Shown: positions 13,957 through 25,073 of the stretch, one piece after another
Layout of the letters: every line of letters starts with the position of its first letter
Numbering within the stretch: the stretch's first letter is position 1
Assembly: GCA_040954595.2 (NCBI GenBank)
Contig: CM082576.2
Span: forward strand, 10,605,129 to 10,669,128
Length of the DNA stretch: 64,000 bases
Direction of reading: 5' to 3'
DNA from: Balanoglossus misakiensis
Taxonomy: Eukaryota; Animalia; Hemichordata
The notes under the pieces: generated by a model
Told to the model about the DNA's origin: nothing
What the model saw: the letters and a program-made list of their open reading frames with translations, nothing else
The model's database searches: none
Made by a program: the position numbers and the translations under genes

Positions 13957-15700
13957 TCAGGTACATTTGACACAGGCTGGATCACACACTGGAAATAAAA
14001 GATAGAGTATAAACAGTGTCGGAATAGATCTTGGCTGAATATAAATTTATTGAACCGCGCCCACCCACTTTAGAGAAATCGAGCGTATCGGCTTTGACAG
14101 GAAGTTAGAAAAAAACGATGAATGGGCCCGCCAAATGCATGACATCAAATAGTTTCGGTGTGGTCTTCTTGCACGGACAAAAATAACGTCAGACCGAAAT
14201 GAAAGTATTTTATTGGTCATTTTTTTCCCTCATCGGCACTTGATCGTAGTGCCCTGATAACATGTAATAATATCGAAGTAACACTAACCGAAGCAGGTTG
14301 AAGAATACGTTCTAATATCACTGTTCATCCTCATGCTACCGTACAATAATGAATTGAAAGGTGGGAATTCCCCCTGTGTTCAATGCTAAAACTTTCATAG
14401 AGATCTCTAGATATCAAATATCTGAGTGGAATACAGCGTTTCTTCCTACCCGAATATTGGCAAACGTATCCTTTTCCCTGATCTTCACAGTAGGCATCGT
14501 CCCAATCAAAATCTCGGGATTTCCTGTTCAGAAAAAGATGCAAAGGTGCGTTAGTGACCTCAGTTGTGTCAAGCGACAAGGAAAGTCTACGGATGATGGA
14601 AGTATCGCCTGTCTAAAACTAAACGAGCAACGCCAATAATCGAAACATTTATGACTCGGGGGGGGGGGATTGAATGATCGCGACACAGGCAATTTAGGAC
14701 AACCGTCAAACGTTTTACCATTCTCTACAAAATTACTACGAGATTTCTTGTGAAATTTTATTTGGGCGCAAGCCTGGTAGACCTGTCGCTCGAGGCGCTA
14801 TCCACTGTTTACCGTGTTCCTAGAGAGCATGTGGTCATACATGTACATACATACATACATACATACATACATACATACATACATACATACATACATACAT
14901 ACATACATACATACATACATACATACATACATACATACATACATACATACATACATACATAGAAACACATACATACAGACAGACATAACTAACTAACTAG
15001 CGACCAATTATAACTAACCATAATTGAACACAATCTTGTCCATTCGGATCTTTCTTGGTATTGTCATTGGGTTCTCCTTCTGCCCACGGTACATATGCGT
15101 CGGGATCGTCCATATCCAACTCCTCACCGTCAACCCAGACATATTTTCCTTCTTCCTTCCTGTCGGTCAGTCCAATCCAGAGCCCCTTGCCACGATCGTT
15201 GATAGGTTGCTTCAGCTTGGTTGCCTGGATATAATCCTTGATGAGCTGGTGAGAGGCCTCGTCCTGGATTTTGGCCAGCATGCCCCCGTCGGTCTGGCAA
15301 GCCTCTTTGGCTTCGTCCCAGAGTAGTTGGGTCAGGAAGAGTTTATATCGGGTTGAGGTAACACAGAGTGGCCCAAAAACTGCAACAAATGATCGTAAAC
15401 TAATGTTAAAAGGTGGTTGTGTGAATTACGCCGCGGGAGTAGCCTGCGTTAATTGAATTGAAATGGCGGAGTTAACGTTCCTCGATATTCGGACTTTCCA
15501 ACAGAAATTCAGTAAATTCTATAGTTTGTAAAGACCACCATGGAATATTCACCTGTGTCTTCCAGGTCCTGTCGCTTTCCTAGTTCCATCTTTGACTTCT
15601 TATATTGGCGAAGGTGTCGCCACAAATTCAACATGTCATTGGCAGCCGCCATGGAAATAATCAAAAAGAGAACGCACACCACTGTCCCTTTTCCCGCCAT
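13957..15700 (-). CDS. Secreted single-domain C-type lectin A (EPN type), 204 aa, with Cys-rich C-terminal tail
   Basis: Exons 15700-15553, 15379-15019, 14523-14450 and 13988-13957, all GT-AG, 615 nt in frame. Signal peptide MAGKGTVVCVLFLIISMAAA; CTLD motifs WDEAKEACQTDGGMLA, LWIGLTD, WAEGEPND, DCVQLW, WDDAYC, GYVCQY; ends VCDPACVKCT*. Confidence 0.92.
14836..14988. repeat. (TACA)n microsatellite in a lectin A intron
   Basis: About 30 TACA units grading into GACA. Confidence 0.95.
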
Positions 15701-16520
15701 GCCGACCAGATTTTAACTGTGGGTATAGGAACATATCTATTACCCCAACGAGACATGCAAATATATGTCCAATTCCCCAAAAGGCTAAGTCTATTGTGAA
15801 ATTACCGCCTGAGTGACAATTACGCAACAGTTTTGTCTGTGATTTGTCGGATTATGATCACAAAACCCAGTAGGTGTGTACTCTTGTTGTTTTTATTCAT
15901 CTTTTAATTTCATCGCAAACGGCCAAATGTCGTACAAATACAAATAATATTTCAGTTCGGGGAGCGAAGTTGTAGCTCAGGCTGCAGCGTACAACAAGGT
16001 CCATGAGGGGCATATCTAATCAACTTTAACTAGGCATTCGTTGTTATACTCAAATTGAAGTGTAGTTATTTCTTTTTGAAAGTCCATAGGATCATGAACG
16101 CCTTTGGCTATGGGAAATTCTGAGCGCTGCCCGCAACTACATAAAGTTATGGACGAAGCTTTTTTTTTGCGTCGGTAGACATTTATATTATAATACGACG
16201 AGAGAACTGCGTCATTGTTTCCCAGTTGCGGTTAGGAAAATAGAAACAAGATGATGCCACCACCCCGAAAGTCTAAACTTTTGCGAAGAGGATGAATGGG
16301 GTGTACCACGACAAGAACGAAGTACCGTCGATGTTATGCCATAGTTGTGACGTACGTTTACGCGCTGGCCAGGTTAACCTCGTTTCTCTGGTTGGCAGAA
16401 CCACAATCGCGTGAGGGCTGTTTCACGCGGTTGACTACTCTTTTGACTTAGAAAGAGGGAAGTCTCACGCGACTGTACGTGAGCGGGACGAACTTGGGGG
16501 TGGGGAGACACAAAACTTAC

Positions 16521-16744
16521 CTGAATGTTAACTTGAGTGCGATCAAACTCAGTAATCAAAACAAGCGAGGGTTGTTATACCTTAGACGTCGGCAATATCT
16601 GTAGTTGGTGGTTTCTTTCCCAGCTCTGAACGTCTCTCCTGGCGAATGCAAAAGAAGATTTACATACTTCGGTTGAGCAACGTGGAACAATCGGCATTAA
16701 TACCATTGTCTTGTTCGGAATGCAGAGTGTAAGCGCAATTTATA
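16521..16744 (-). promoter_or_regulatory. TATA box and putative non-coding first exon of lectin A
   Basis: Minus-strand TATAAAT at 16744-16738; strong donor CAG|GTAAGT at 16521/16520; acceptor cccacag| at 15717, 16 nt before the ATG. Confidence 0.55.
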
Positions 16745-18332
16745 AGGTAACAAACCCTCCTAGGAATAATAACGTCCCGCAATCACAGTATCATTGTGCG
16801 TACCTCTTACACGAAGAATGTGCTCTATTTGCAGCAATACGACATTGAACCAGAGAACGTACAAAGAATATGGTCGGTAATCACACCGTAAAAATAACGA
16901 AGCAAAGACGGTTCCTATTGACGTGGCACAGCGACGTGTAAGAGTTTGCCTGCCTTCTGGTGGCGTTCCATTCTCAGTCCGTCTGTCTGTCTCTCTGTCT
17001 GTCCCCTCAGCCTCCCTACCACCCCTACCTTCCTCCCTCCCCCCCTCTTTCTCCACTGGGACAGCCACCCCATTTCAGCGGTATATGGAGGGAAGTATGT
17101 TGCTAACTTGAAAAGAAGTTGAAATTGTCTCTCCATTATAGAGAGCAGATAAGGGTTTTATTCACAGAGTGAAGCTGGGCAGGATCAAACGACATTGTGA
17201 AGTCCCATTTTCAATTTACCCATCATGCATCTTGCAAGGGATCTGCCACCAAACAGAAGAGAATACATGATGTTCACTATCTAGTTTTCATAAAATCACT
17301 ACTTTATATATTTTCTATCGAGTTTGCGGCCATGATTTTTGAATTTCAAATTTGAGAGAATTTCGCTCTGTCATTCAAAATTATTCACGCTGTCCCCAAT
17401 TTTTTATTCTCGGCCGGGTTTTAAGACAGATGAATCTAAAGTTGCTTTAAATAAATACGGAGTATGAAGCCGGAGACGTTAGAGCCATATTGAATCGCGC
17501 GAATAATGAAAATTTAGAAGAGATCACTTGGAGAAACTTGGCCATGTCGGAAAAAAAAACGCGACACAGTATAAAAATAAAGCGATCCTTTAACTACAGG
17601 CCTACACGTTCGATATTTGGTGGAACTGTCAACGTATGATTCTGAGTAAAATATAGAGACAGGAACAATGCATGTTCCATACAAATATTTATTACTAACG
17701 CTTCGATGAGCAGAATGTACATTTCAGTAAATTAAGTACATGTATCATAAAACAACAATCATCGGAAGATCAACATTTGTGCACTGAAGTAAAAATGATA
17801 CAAAATGAACAGAGACACGCCGCAGATAGCGGATTACTCAATATTTAGAATATTGTCATTTTCCTGATTTTTTGTATGTATTCTACATCAATGAATTTTA
17901 AATAAAAAAAAAATAGAGAGAAAACGGAGTGTTCCCACCCGACTTTTTTAGTTAGGGGTCTGAAAACATTGAAGAAAATGCCGAGTCAACATTTTTCACG
18001 CACTTCTAATTTTATGGTTTTCCTATGGTGAAAATATTTGAACAGCTCTATCAAAAATCCAGCATGGTGACATAGTGTTTTCTTTGTATTATTTAATAAT
18101 ATTTCTCTATAGGCACCTTTTTGTGAAAATCTCAAGGAAATGACAATATTGCAAGAGTGTTTTCTCAAAATTCTACATGTTAAGGCTATGGAATGTGACA
18201 ACCATGCACTGCATCTGGGTAGCCATCTACCTGAACTACGCATTCGTGCCACGAAAGTTAAGAGAAATGCACCGGTCTTCCACTTTTCATACCACGGTGT
18301 GGAGTGACTCAATCATACACCATCACCGCCCG

Positions 18333-21300
18333 TCAGGGACATGCAACGCATTCTGGGGGACAAACTGTAATGAAAAGTAATATTTAAAAGAGTTACGCAC
18401 GTTTAAAACCGACCATATGACGTCATTGCAAAGGTGCATTTCCTCTTGTAAGTTGAAAAGAAAAATGTGAAATTACAAAATAACTTGATATTGTCGACGA
18501 TGGGGCGAAGCAAACCGCTATTCTCTTTCAACTGGATAAAGACATCGCCACCAGAAATCGTAAACTGGCTTAGATGCCGACATAAATAAAACGTATCGTA
18601 TCTCACCGTCATATTCACAAATGTAGCTTTTTGGTCTGTAATTGCAATAATCATCGTCCCAGGCAAAGTTCCTTCCCTTCCTGTTAAATAAAAATAAATA
18701 TATTTATGTACATGTAGTCGTTCTTGAGTCACACAGACAGACAGGCAGTCAGACAGACAGACAGACAGACATTGCTATGACACTAGCTCCTGTGTGTAAA
18801 CACAGAAGCTAAAAATAAGCAAATTATGACTGAACAAATGGATAGACGTGAAATAAATTCAAAACTTAAAAATATATCTGAATGAATAAATTACCATAGC
18901 TGAACACAGTCTTGTCCTTCTGGGTCACGTTTCGTGTTATCATTGGGCTGACCATCTGCCCAGTCTTGATATATATTACAGTCATCGGCATAAAACGGGT
19001 GACCGTCGGAGGTGACCAGGGTCCCTTCCATGGCAATGTCGTTGAGACCGATCCACAGACCCGTGCCGACGTATTTTTTCACATCGCTCCTTCCCAGGTA
19101 CTCTTTGAAGAATGTCGCCGTACGGACGTCGCGGATGACGGCCAGCCGCCCGCCGTCGTCCTCGCAGGCCTGCCTGGCCTCGTCCCAGACGAGCGGAGGG
19201 TTGTTGAAAACCTTGTAGTGGCGATTGACGCAGAAGGGTCCAAATTCCGCGGGCGCTGCAAAGACACAATTTGTCGTATGAGAAATGTTTCGTTGTTAAT
19301 ATCGCCTGTTTTGTATACTTCTCTAAGAACTGCTTGTGTCCTGTCCACACGAGTGCGTGTCATTATCCTACAGATCTGTTGTAACCCCAAGCACTGGTAA
19401 CTGAAGTTTCCTAGTTTAAAGTCCGAAAGGACAACAAATATTGACGTCAGATGTTCTGTTGGCATACTCAATCCATCACAAAGCAACAAGAAAGGATGAC
19501 GGGCAAGTATATAAATGTATAATTTCAGGGAGTTAAAGAGCGTAGTAGCGATAGAATTTCTCCGTTAGATTATTGTCACGTGCAAGTTAGGTCTCGTGGG
19601 TCATGCAGACATCGTGCGGCGAAGACCGGTACAATCCACCAGGGTGGAAAAAAAAGTTTACATCAAGTAGTGATTCCCGAACACTTACGCGTAAAACAAT
19701 CAGGTGTTAAGGAAAGCTTATTAAACTGATCCTGCTGTTTTGTCAACCGAGTGGCATCCTTGCCACGTATGATGGCTAATCCCCGACCCACAGGGAATTC
19801 ACTTTATTATGTCACGGGAACTTGTTGCCGTAAAAAGACAACATCCACGAGAATGGAAGCGACGACGATGAATAACAATTAACAAAAGCAGCATATTTGT
19901 TTGGGCATGGCGGTGCCTCGGCCTTCTCGAGGTTAAGACCTGTTTTGTTCCGAATTAATCCCCAAACAGGGAAAGTTATTTTTTCATTAGCGTACTAGTA
20001 CCTATCGCGTTCTTGTCACCTGAATGAGAACGCGTTCTGTTAGAACTTAAATACACGCAATCCCCTGCTTGTTTACAACCCCGCGTGCCGCCGGCGTAAA
20101 AGTGTCCCATTTACTGGTCATAAAGCACTACAAGCTCACGACGAACGAAAAGTGTATCATCTCAACAACATTCAACCTTTAGATGGAGTACAGAAAATTG
20201 GATTGCTCAGGGAAAATAGGAACTTGGCATTTGCGGCAGTCAATTATAAAACGTTACTTCTCACAAGAGTAAAAGAAAATGGACCTCTAAAGGAGCATTT
20301 TATGACCCAAGTGTTAATTTCCTTTCAAACCTACACCACCAAAAAGAACTTGTAAAGAATGCCGGTAGCTTGGTCGTACCGTTTCTAACCGAAGCACAGT
20401 ACACCTGCAGATAATGCGACGCGTTTCGTTCTCCAGAGGAAGACGTATTCGCTTCTAACTGGTTATCGCCTCCAGTTCATCTCCTACATGCTACAGAAGT
20501 TTTGAAAGTTTCTACAAATTCAACGCGAAGTTTGAATTGCCCGTGAAGTGAATTCGAACCAATTTGCAGTGGAGTGTAAATTGATCCCATTTTTATTCAA
20601 ATGATACTATCAAGTTAGAGGTCGATGTATTTGCACACGTCACGTGTACTTGGAATGCGCCCAGAACTTCAAGACACACCTTCGGTAAGAATGCGGTAAT
20701 CAACTTCCATCGGACACGGACAAGAATAGAATGCGGGCTTCAACGGACGCCGGGAAAACGGAACCGCGAGAAGTCACCGATGATCCACGCACGCGAGAGC
20801 AATCAAGAGATGCGGTTAAATTTACGGATTTTGGAAGTCAGTTTTTGTTTCACAATGCCCGAGATGTTTACGATTGGTACAAATTATTCTCTTGTTGCAT
20901 TTTTACTGAGAGCTATAGGCGTTTTAATTGTTAAATTGTTGGCGGCAACAATGACAGGATAAATTGACTCAAGGGCTAAAAGGGATTTTTTTCTGTCAAT
21001 GATCCGGTTCCCCGGGATGCAGAGAAAGGTCTACGCATGAATGCTGAAATCGGCCCATTAAATACCAATTACCATGCTCTCAAAGCGGTGTACCTCTTTA
21101 TCTGTTGCGAAGTGGGAGGCCAATCAAGCCGTAGGCCAGTTAACAACTATGCATATCATTAAATAACTCTAGTTAATTACTTTGACGGCGAAGAGCGACC
21201 CTTTTGTTTGAAAAATCCCTGTGCTCATAGCAAACCAGGTTCTACAGAATGAAAAGATTTTGGGCAGCGGATTTTGATGTAAAATGGTAATGTTGAAACT

Positions 21301-21670
21301 GATAACCTATAAAAACTAAGCAATTAAACTGTACCGTTTGACCGAGCGTCTCAAGAGGACTAGTCCAGCGGATGAGGTTTACTTTTCATTATATCCCCAA
21401 AATGAGATGTTTAACTAGATCGTTGCAGGTGTCACTCGACAAGACGAAAGAAATGGCGGACTCTGCATCACTGACGATGAAAACCGGAGGATCATGTTTT
21501 CCCTCCGTGGCATTGTTTACCTGCGAACGTTACCTACCTTCTTCTTCCAACACGCGCTCCTCGTACGCCAGGAGTTTCTCGACCACTTCCTCCTTCGTCA
21601 GCCCCACCGCGCAACCTGTCAGAGTTAAGACAGTCGCGGCTGCCGCTAACAAGAATCGCAGAACACCCAT
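18333..21670 (-). CDS. Secreted single-domain C-type lectin B (QPN type), 199 aa, paralog of lectin A
   Basis: Exons 21670-21538, 19255-18895, 18680-18607 and 18364-18333, all GT-AG, 600 nt in frame. Signal peptide MGVLRFLLAAAATVLTLTGCAVG; WDEARQACEDDGGRLA, LWIGLND, WADGQPND, DCVQLW, WDDDYC, SYICEY; ends VCPPECVACP*. Confidence 0.92.
18722..18816 (+). mobile_element. 3' end of a HINE-like element: (GACA)n plus hairpin plus A-run
   Basis: (CAGA)n followed by the hairpin AGCTCCTGTGTGTAAACACAGAAGCT and AAAAAT. Confidence 0.5.
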
Positions 21671-22089
21671 GTCGGTTTTTTTCTGTTTGAGAGGAAACGT
21701 GTATGGTTTTAGTGACGCCCAGAAGATAAAGAAAATATTCTGCATTGATGTTTGTAAAATGCACTTTTGCTACTCAGTCCTGCACAAATTGAAACAGTAT
21801 AACTTATAATTTGATTAGAAAAAAAAATATCTTCGGAATTGTCAGAAGAGAAAAGCGTTAGAATTGTTTTGAAACTACGTTACCGTTTCAAGATTTGAGC
21901 ATGGAGAGAGAGAGAGAGAAAGTGAGAGAGTTTTAAACAACGCACCTTCTATAGGAAGAAATGTTCTCTTTTCAAGTGAACAAAGTTGGCCTTTTCCAGC
22001 AGGAATATCAGTGTCTTTTTGTGCACAGTCACAAATGCCCGGTTCAAGTCGTCGTAGTTCTTCTGTAGGAGGTTATGTGCACTGCTCCA

Positions 22090-22594
22090 TATTTATACAA
22101 TCTCTCTGTACCTGTTGCGTAATTATTTGACGCGGAGGCCTTTTGAAGCACTGGGCTAACTTTTTATTACCCATACCAAGACAGGAAATTTGTATGTATT
22201 GTTTCGAAGTGTTCAATGGAATGACAAAAAGTGGTCAGTTTTAAGAAGGATGTTAACGCTAGACAATGTGCACAAATTCTCTGAATCTGTGCACAGATTC
22301 TTTGCGCACACAGCTTACGCGTAATTGTGACGTCATTGGAAACGCATGATGACGTGGGGCACATAGAAAACCGATGGACCAGCTTACAACAATTCCCTGG
22401 TGACTTCAACTTTTACATTTTTGATGCGTTTTGCGGCTGTGCAGTGTTGTTACACCTGACGAAGCTCCACCCTTCATGACGTACATGGTCCCTGTTTGTC
22501 GATGGCTGCACTGTGCGCATGTGTTGAAAAAACATCACACACGTAAAGTTTTACTAATTATAACGACTACATTGTACATACTGTTGTGACGTCA
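22090..22594 (-). promoter_or_regulatory. Putative lectin B promoter: TATA box plus CRE/bZIP motifs
   Basis: Minus-strand TATAAATA at 22097-22090; TGACGTCA at 22328-22335 and 22587-22594; candidate 5'UTR donors near 21883 and 21944, acceptor near 21740. Confidence 0.5.
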
Positions 22595-24369
22595 TCGCCC
22601 ATATTCTCCCGGTGCTATCATTGGGTAGGAAAGTGACCAAGATTGGTGAATTTGTTTTTCGTTAAAGTCTTATTTTTTTTAAAAACATTCGTTGTAGGCC
22701 CACTGGTCGCGAGTTGACCATTTTGGTTGTGATTAATATGGCCTCCCTGAAATGTTCGGCTTCTTGTAAATGCTTTTATCTAAATGCCCTGAAATTTTAC
22801 AGAAAACGTGTTGCATGCTGTATACCGCAACGAATTAGCTCAACGTCGATTTGTGTGACGCAGCTCTGCGTAGCGGCCTGGATTGGCGTTGTTACAGCGC
22901 CGAGACACAGACCTAGATAGACTCTGCGGGCACAAAAATTTTCCTTGTAGACGACCACTGTTGCAAAAGCTCAGAAACAGTGCTAAAACTCCAAGATTCA
23001 ACACCGAATGAAATTCCAGAGAATAACAACCTGAACTGACCAAAAGAAGAACTTGAAACAATTTGGCGCACGACAAACGCCGCTAGTACTGTATAATTTC
23101 GATGTTTCAAGTACTGATCATATCAAAATTGGCTTATTGATTTACTGTACGCGTTTTTTTTAATTATCCACGGCCCCTAAGTAAAGAATGACGTCGATTT
23201 AAACGAAAATGGAAGCAAAATGGCGGTAGTCAAGAGATTGGATCAGGGGTGCGCAGAATGCTCAACTGTCCTTGATACGGGCTATATACCTGGAGGGAGA
23301 GTTGCCAATGGTTTCCCGTGATCACGTGGCCGATTGCTAGCCCTTCGAACGATCACTGACGCACACGGGATTAATGCACCTGAAAATCACGGATATTGCC
23401 AATCTTTTCAACCTTCGGGCAAAATACAGAGTATGAGTCCCTCCGATACCATGGGCGCTTTACAATGTCAAGAATTCCGTGACATTATTTAAAACACATT
23501 TTCATTTTAGCTAAACAATTTGCATAGTTTATTTTAAATAATTTATTGCATGCACATGAATGTGTTAAATAAATGATAAATTTTAACATATAATTTTGTT
23601 AAATAATAGTACGGTAATTATTTCGCCCTACAGATATTAAATGACAGCTCTACTGAGAAAGTCCCGCTATCAACGCAAAGCTTTCCATGGCTTACTAATG
23701 AATCCGGCCACGATTACTGTGACCTACACTTACAGACTTGGTGCATCCTGTGATTTGTGCGTCACCAGACAAAGTGGTGTGTGATTCGTGCCGCGCAGTC
23801 TTCGAAATAGGCGTATGATGAGCACATTGTAGTGTGAAATAACTTGGGGCGAAACCAGATACGGTGTGTATTGCCATGTACTCGTTAAGGAACTCTTCTT
23901 TTACACGCATGTTAATTTTCCCGTGTGTAATCGCACGCTCGAACCCGACTCTGGTAATATTATGCCTGGTCAGGGTCGCTCCACAAACACCGTGACGCGT
24001 ACGTGACTTTGTGGCTGCTATTTACCAGTACGGTACTTACAGGATAAAGAAAAGTGAGGTTGTGTGCGCCCTGATTTGAGTGCTACCCGCTGTGTATCAG
24101 TGTATAGTGATAGCTGTAAGATTCGTGGATGAAACACTTGGTGCAGCCTTCGGCAATGATCAAAGGGCCCATTAATACTGTGTAACCGAGGAGTGAGTTG
24201 GCGTGTTACAACTGTTCTTCTCATGGTCCCTCCAAGTTTGTTGCTTCACTCCGTGATAAGCTTACGACTGGTGCTGTTAATGCTTGATTTAGTGCTTTAA
24301 AATTCCCAAATCGGAATAAAGCAGCTGTATTTGCTATTTATGGTTTTATTCTCTGGGGTAACTCTGAAC

Positions 24370-24945
24370 GCATAACCATAATTTACACAAATTCATTGAA
24401 TATGCAAATTAGAACTTCATTAAAATGAGGCTGCTGAATGTCCCAGAGAGCAGACACACATATCTGTCAGTTCAGTAACAAATTCTTTTTGACACTGCTA
24501 AACGTCTCGACTTTCTGTTAGCTAACTGTCAGATGAACAGATTTAGCGAGTTTCATCAAATTAGCTGTACTATAAGTTTGGAAGTATATGGCACTAATTA
24601 CAAAAGTTCATTTAATATGCAAATTAGTAGATAAATGTCATGAAACTCATCAGAACCTTGTGAGGTTGATATCTGTCGATGGTTTCATCAAATTTGGTAA
24701 GTTCTTCTCTCTATACATCAATGCTGACACGGTCTCTGAATAGACAACCTTTATTAGAAAAATAAAGATCTTTGATAATTCAAATAATATGAAAGCCATG
24801 CCCAACCGTTATCCAATCAGTTCTTGTCATTTGAAAATGTATCTGTATGTCAAATTTGACGTACATCCGTTCATGAGATATCATGATTACAGACAACAGG
24901 CAACGGTTTGACATTTATCTCACGTTTGTCAAACACGAGCAATAG
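24370..24945 (+). mobile_element. Possible non-autonomous Helentron-type (HINE-like) element
   Basis: Internal imperfect repeats (TTCATT.AATATGCAAATTAG twice; TTTCATCAAATT twice) and a 3' hairpin CTCACGTTTG-T-CAAACACGAG at 24919-24939. Boundaries approximate. Confidence 0.4.
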
Positions 24946-25073
24946 GTAAAAATGCGCACCCTGTGACCGTCGCCATGGAAATACTGTCTGTGATACAGAT
25001 CCATCTCCTGAAGAAATGCCGGGTGTGATTGCAGTACTGCAACTGGAGAAGACATGCGCGATGTTAATGTATC

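Noticed and set aside
14750-14996. HTYI/MYVC-repeat ORFs (also CCVVL/TTQHN at 41077-41268)
   Set aside because: Translations of microsatellites.
23284-23345. U1 snRNA-like start (TACCTGGAGGGAGAG...GTGATCACG)
   Set aside because: Lacks ATACTTACCTGG, collinear stems and an Sm site; better explained as CCAAT/E-box promoter-like sequence or chance.
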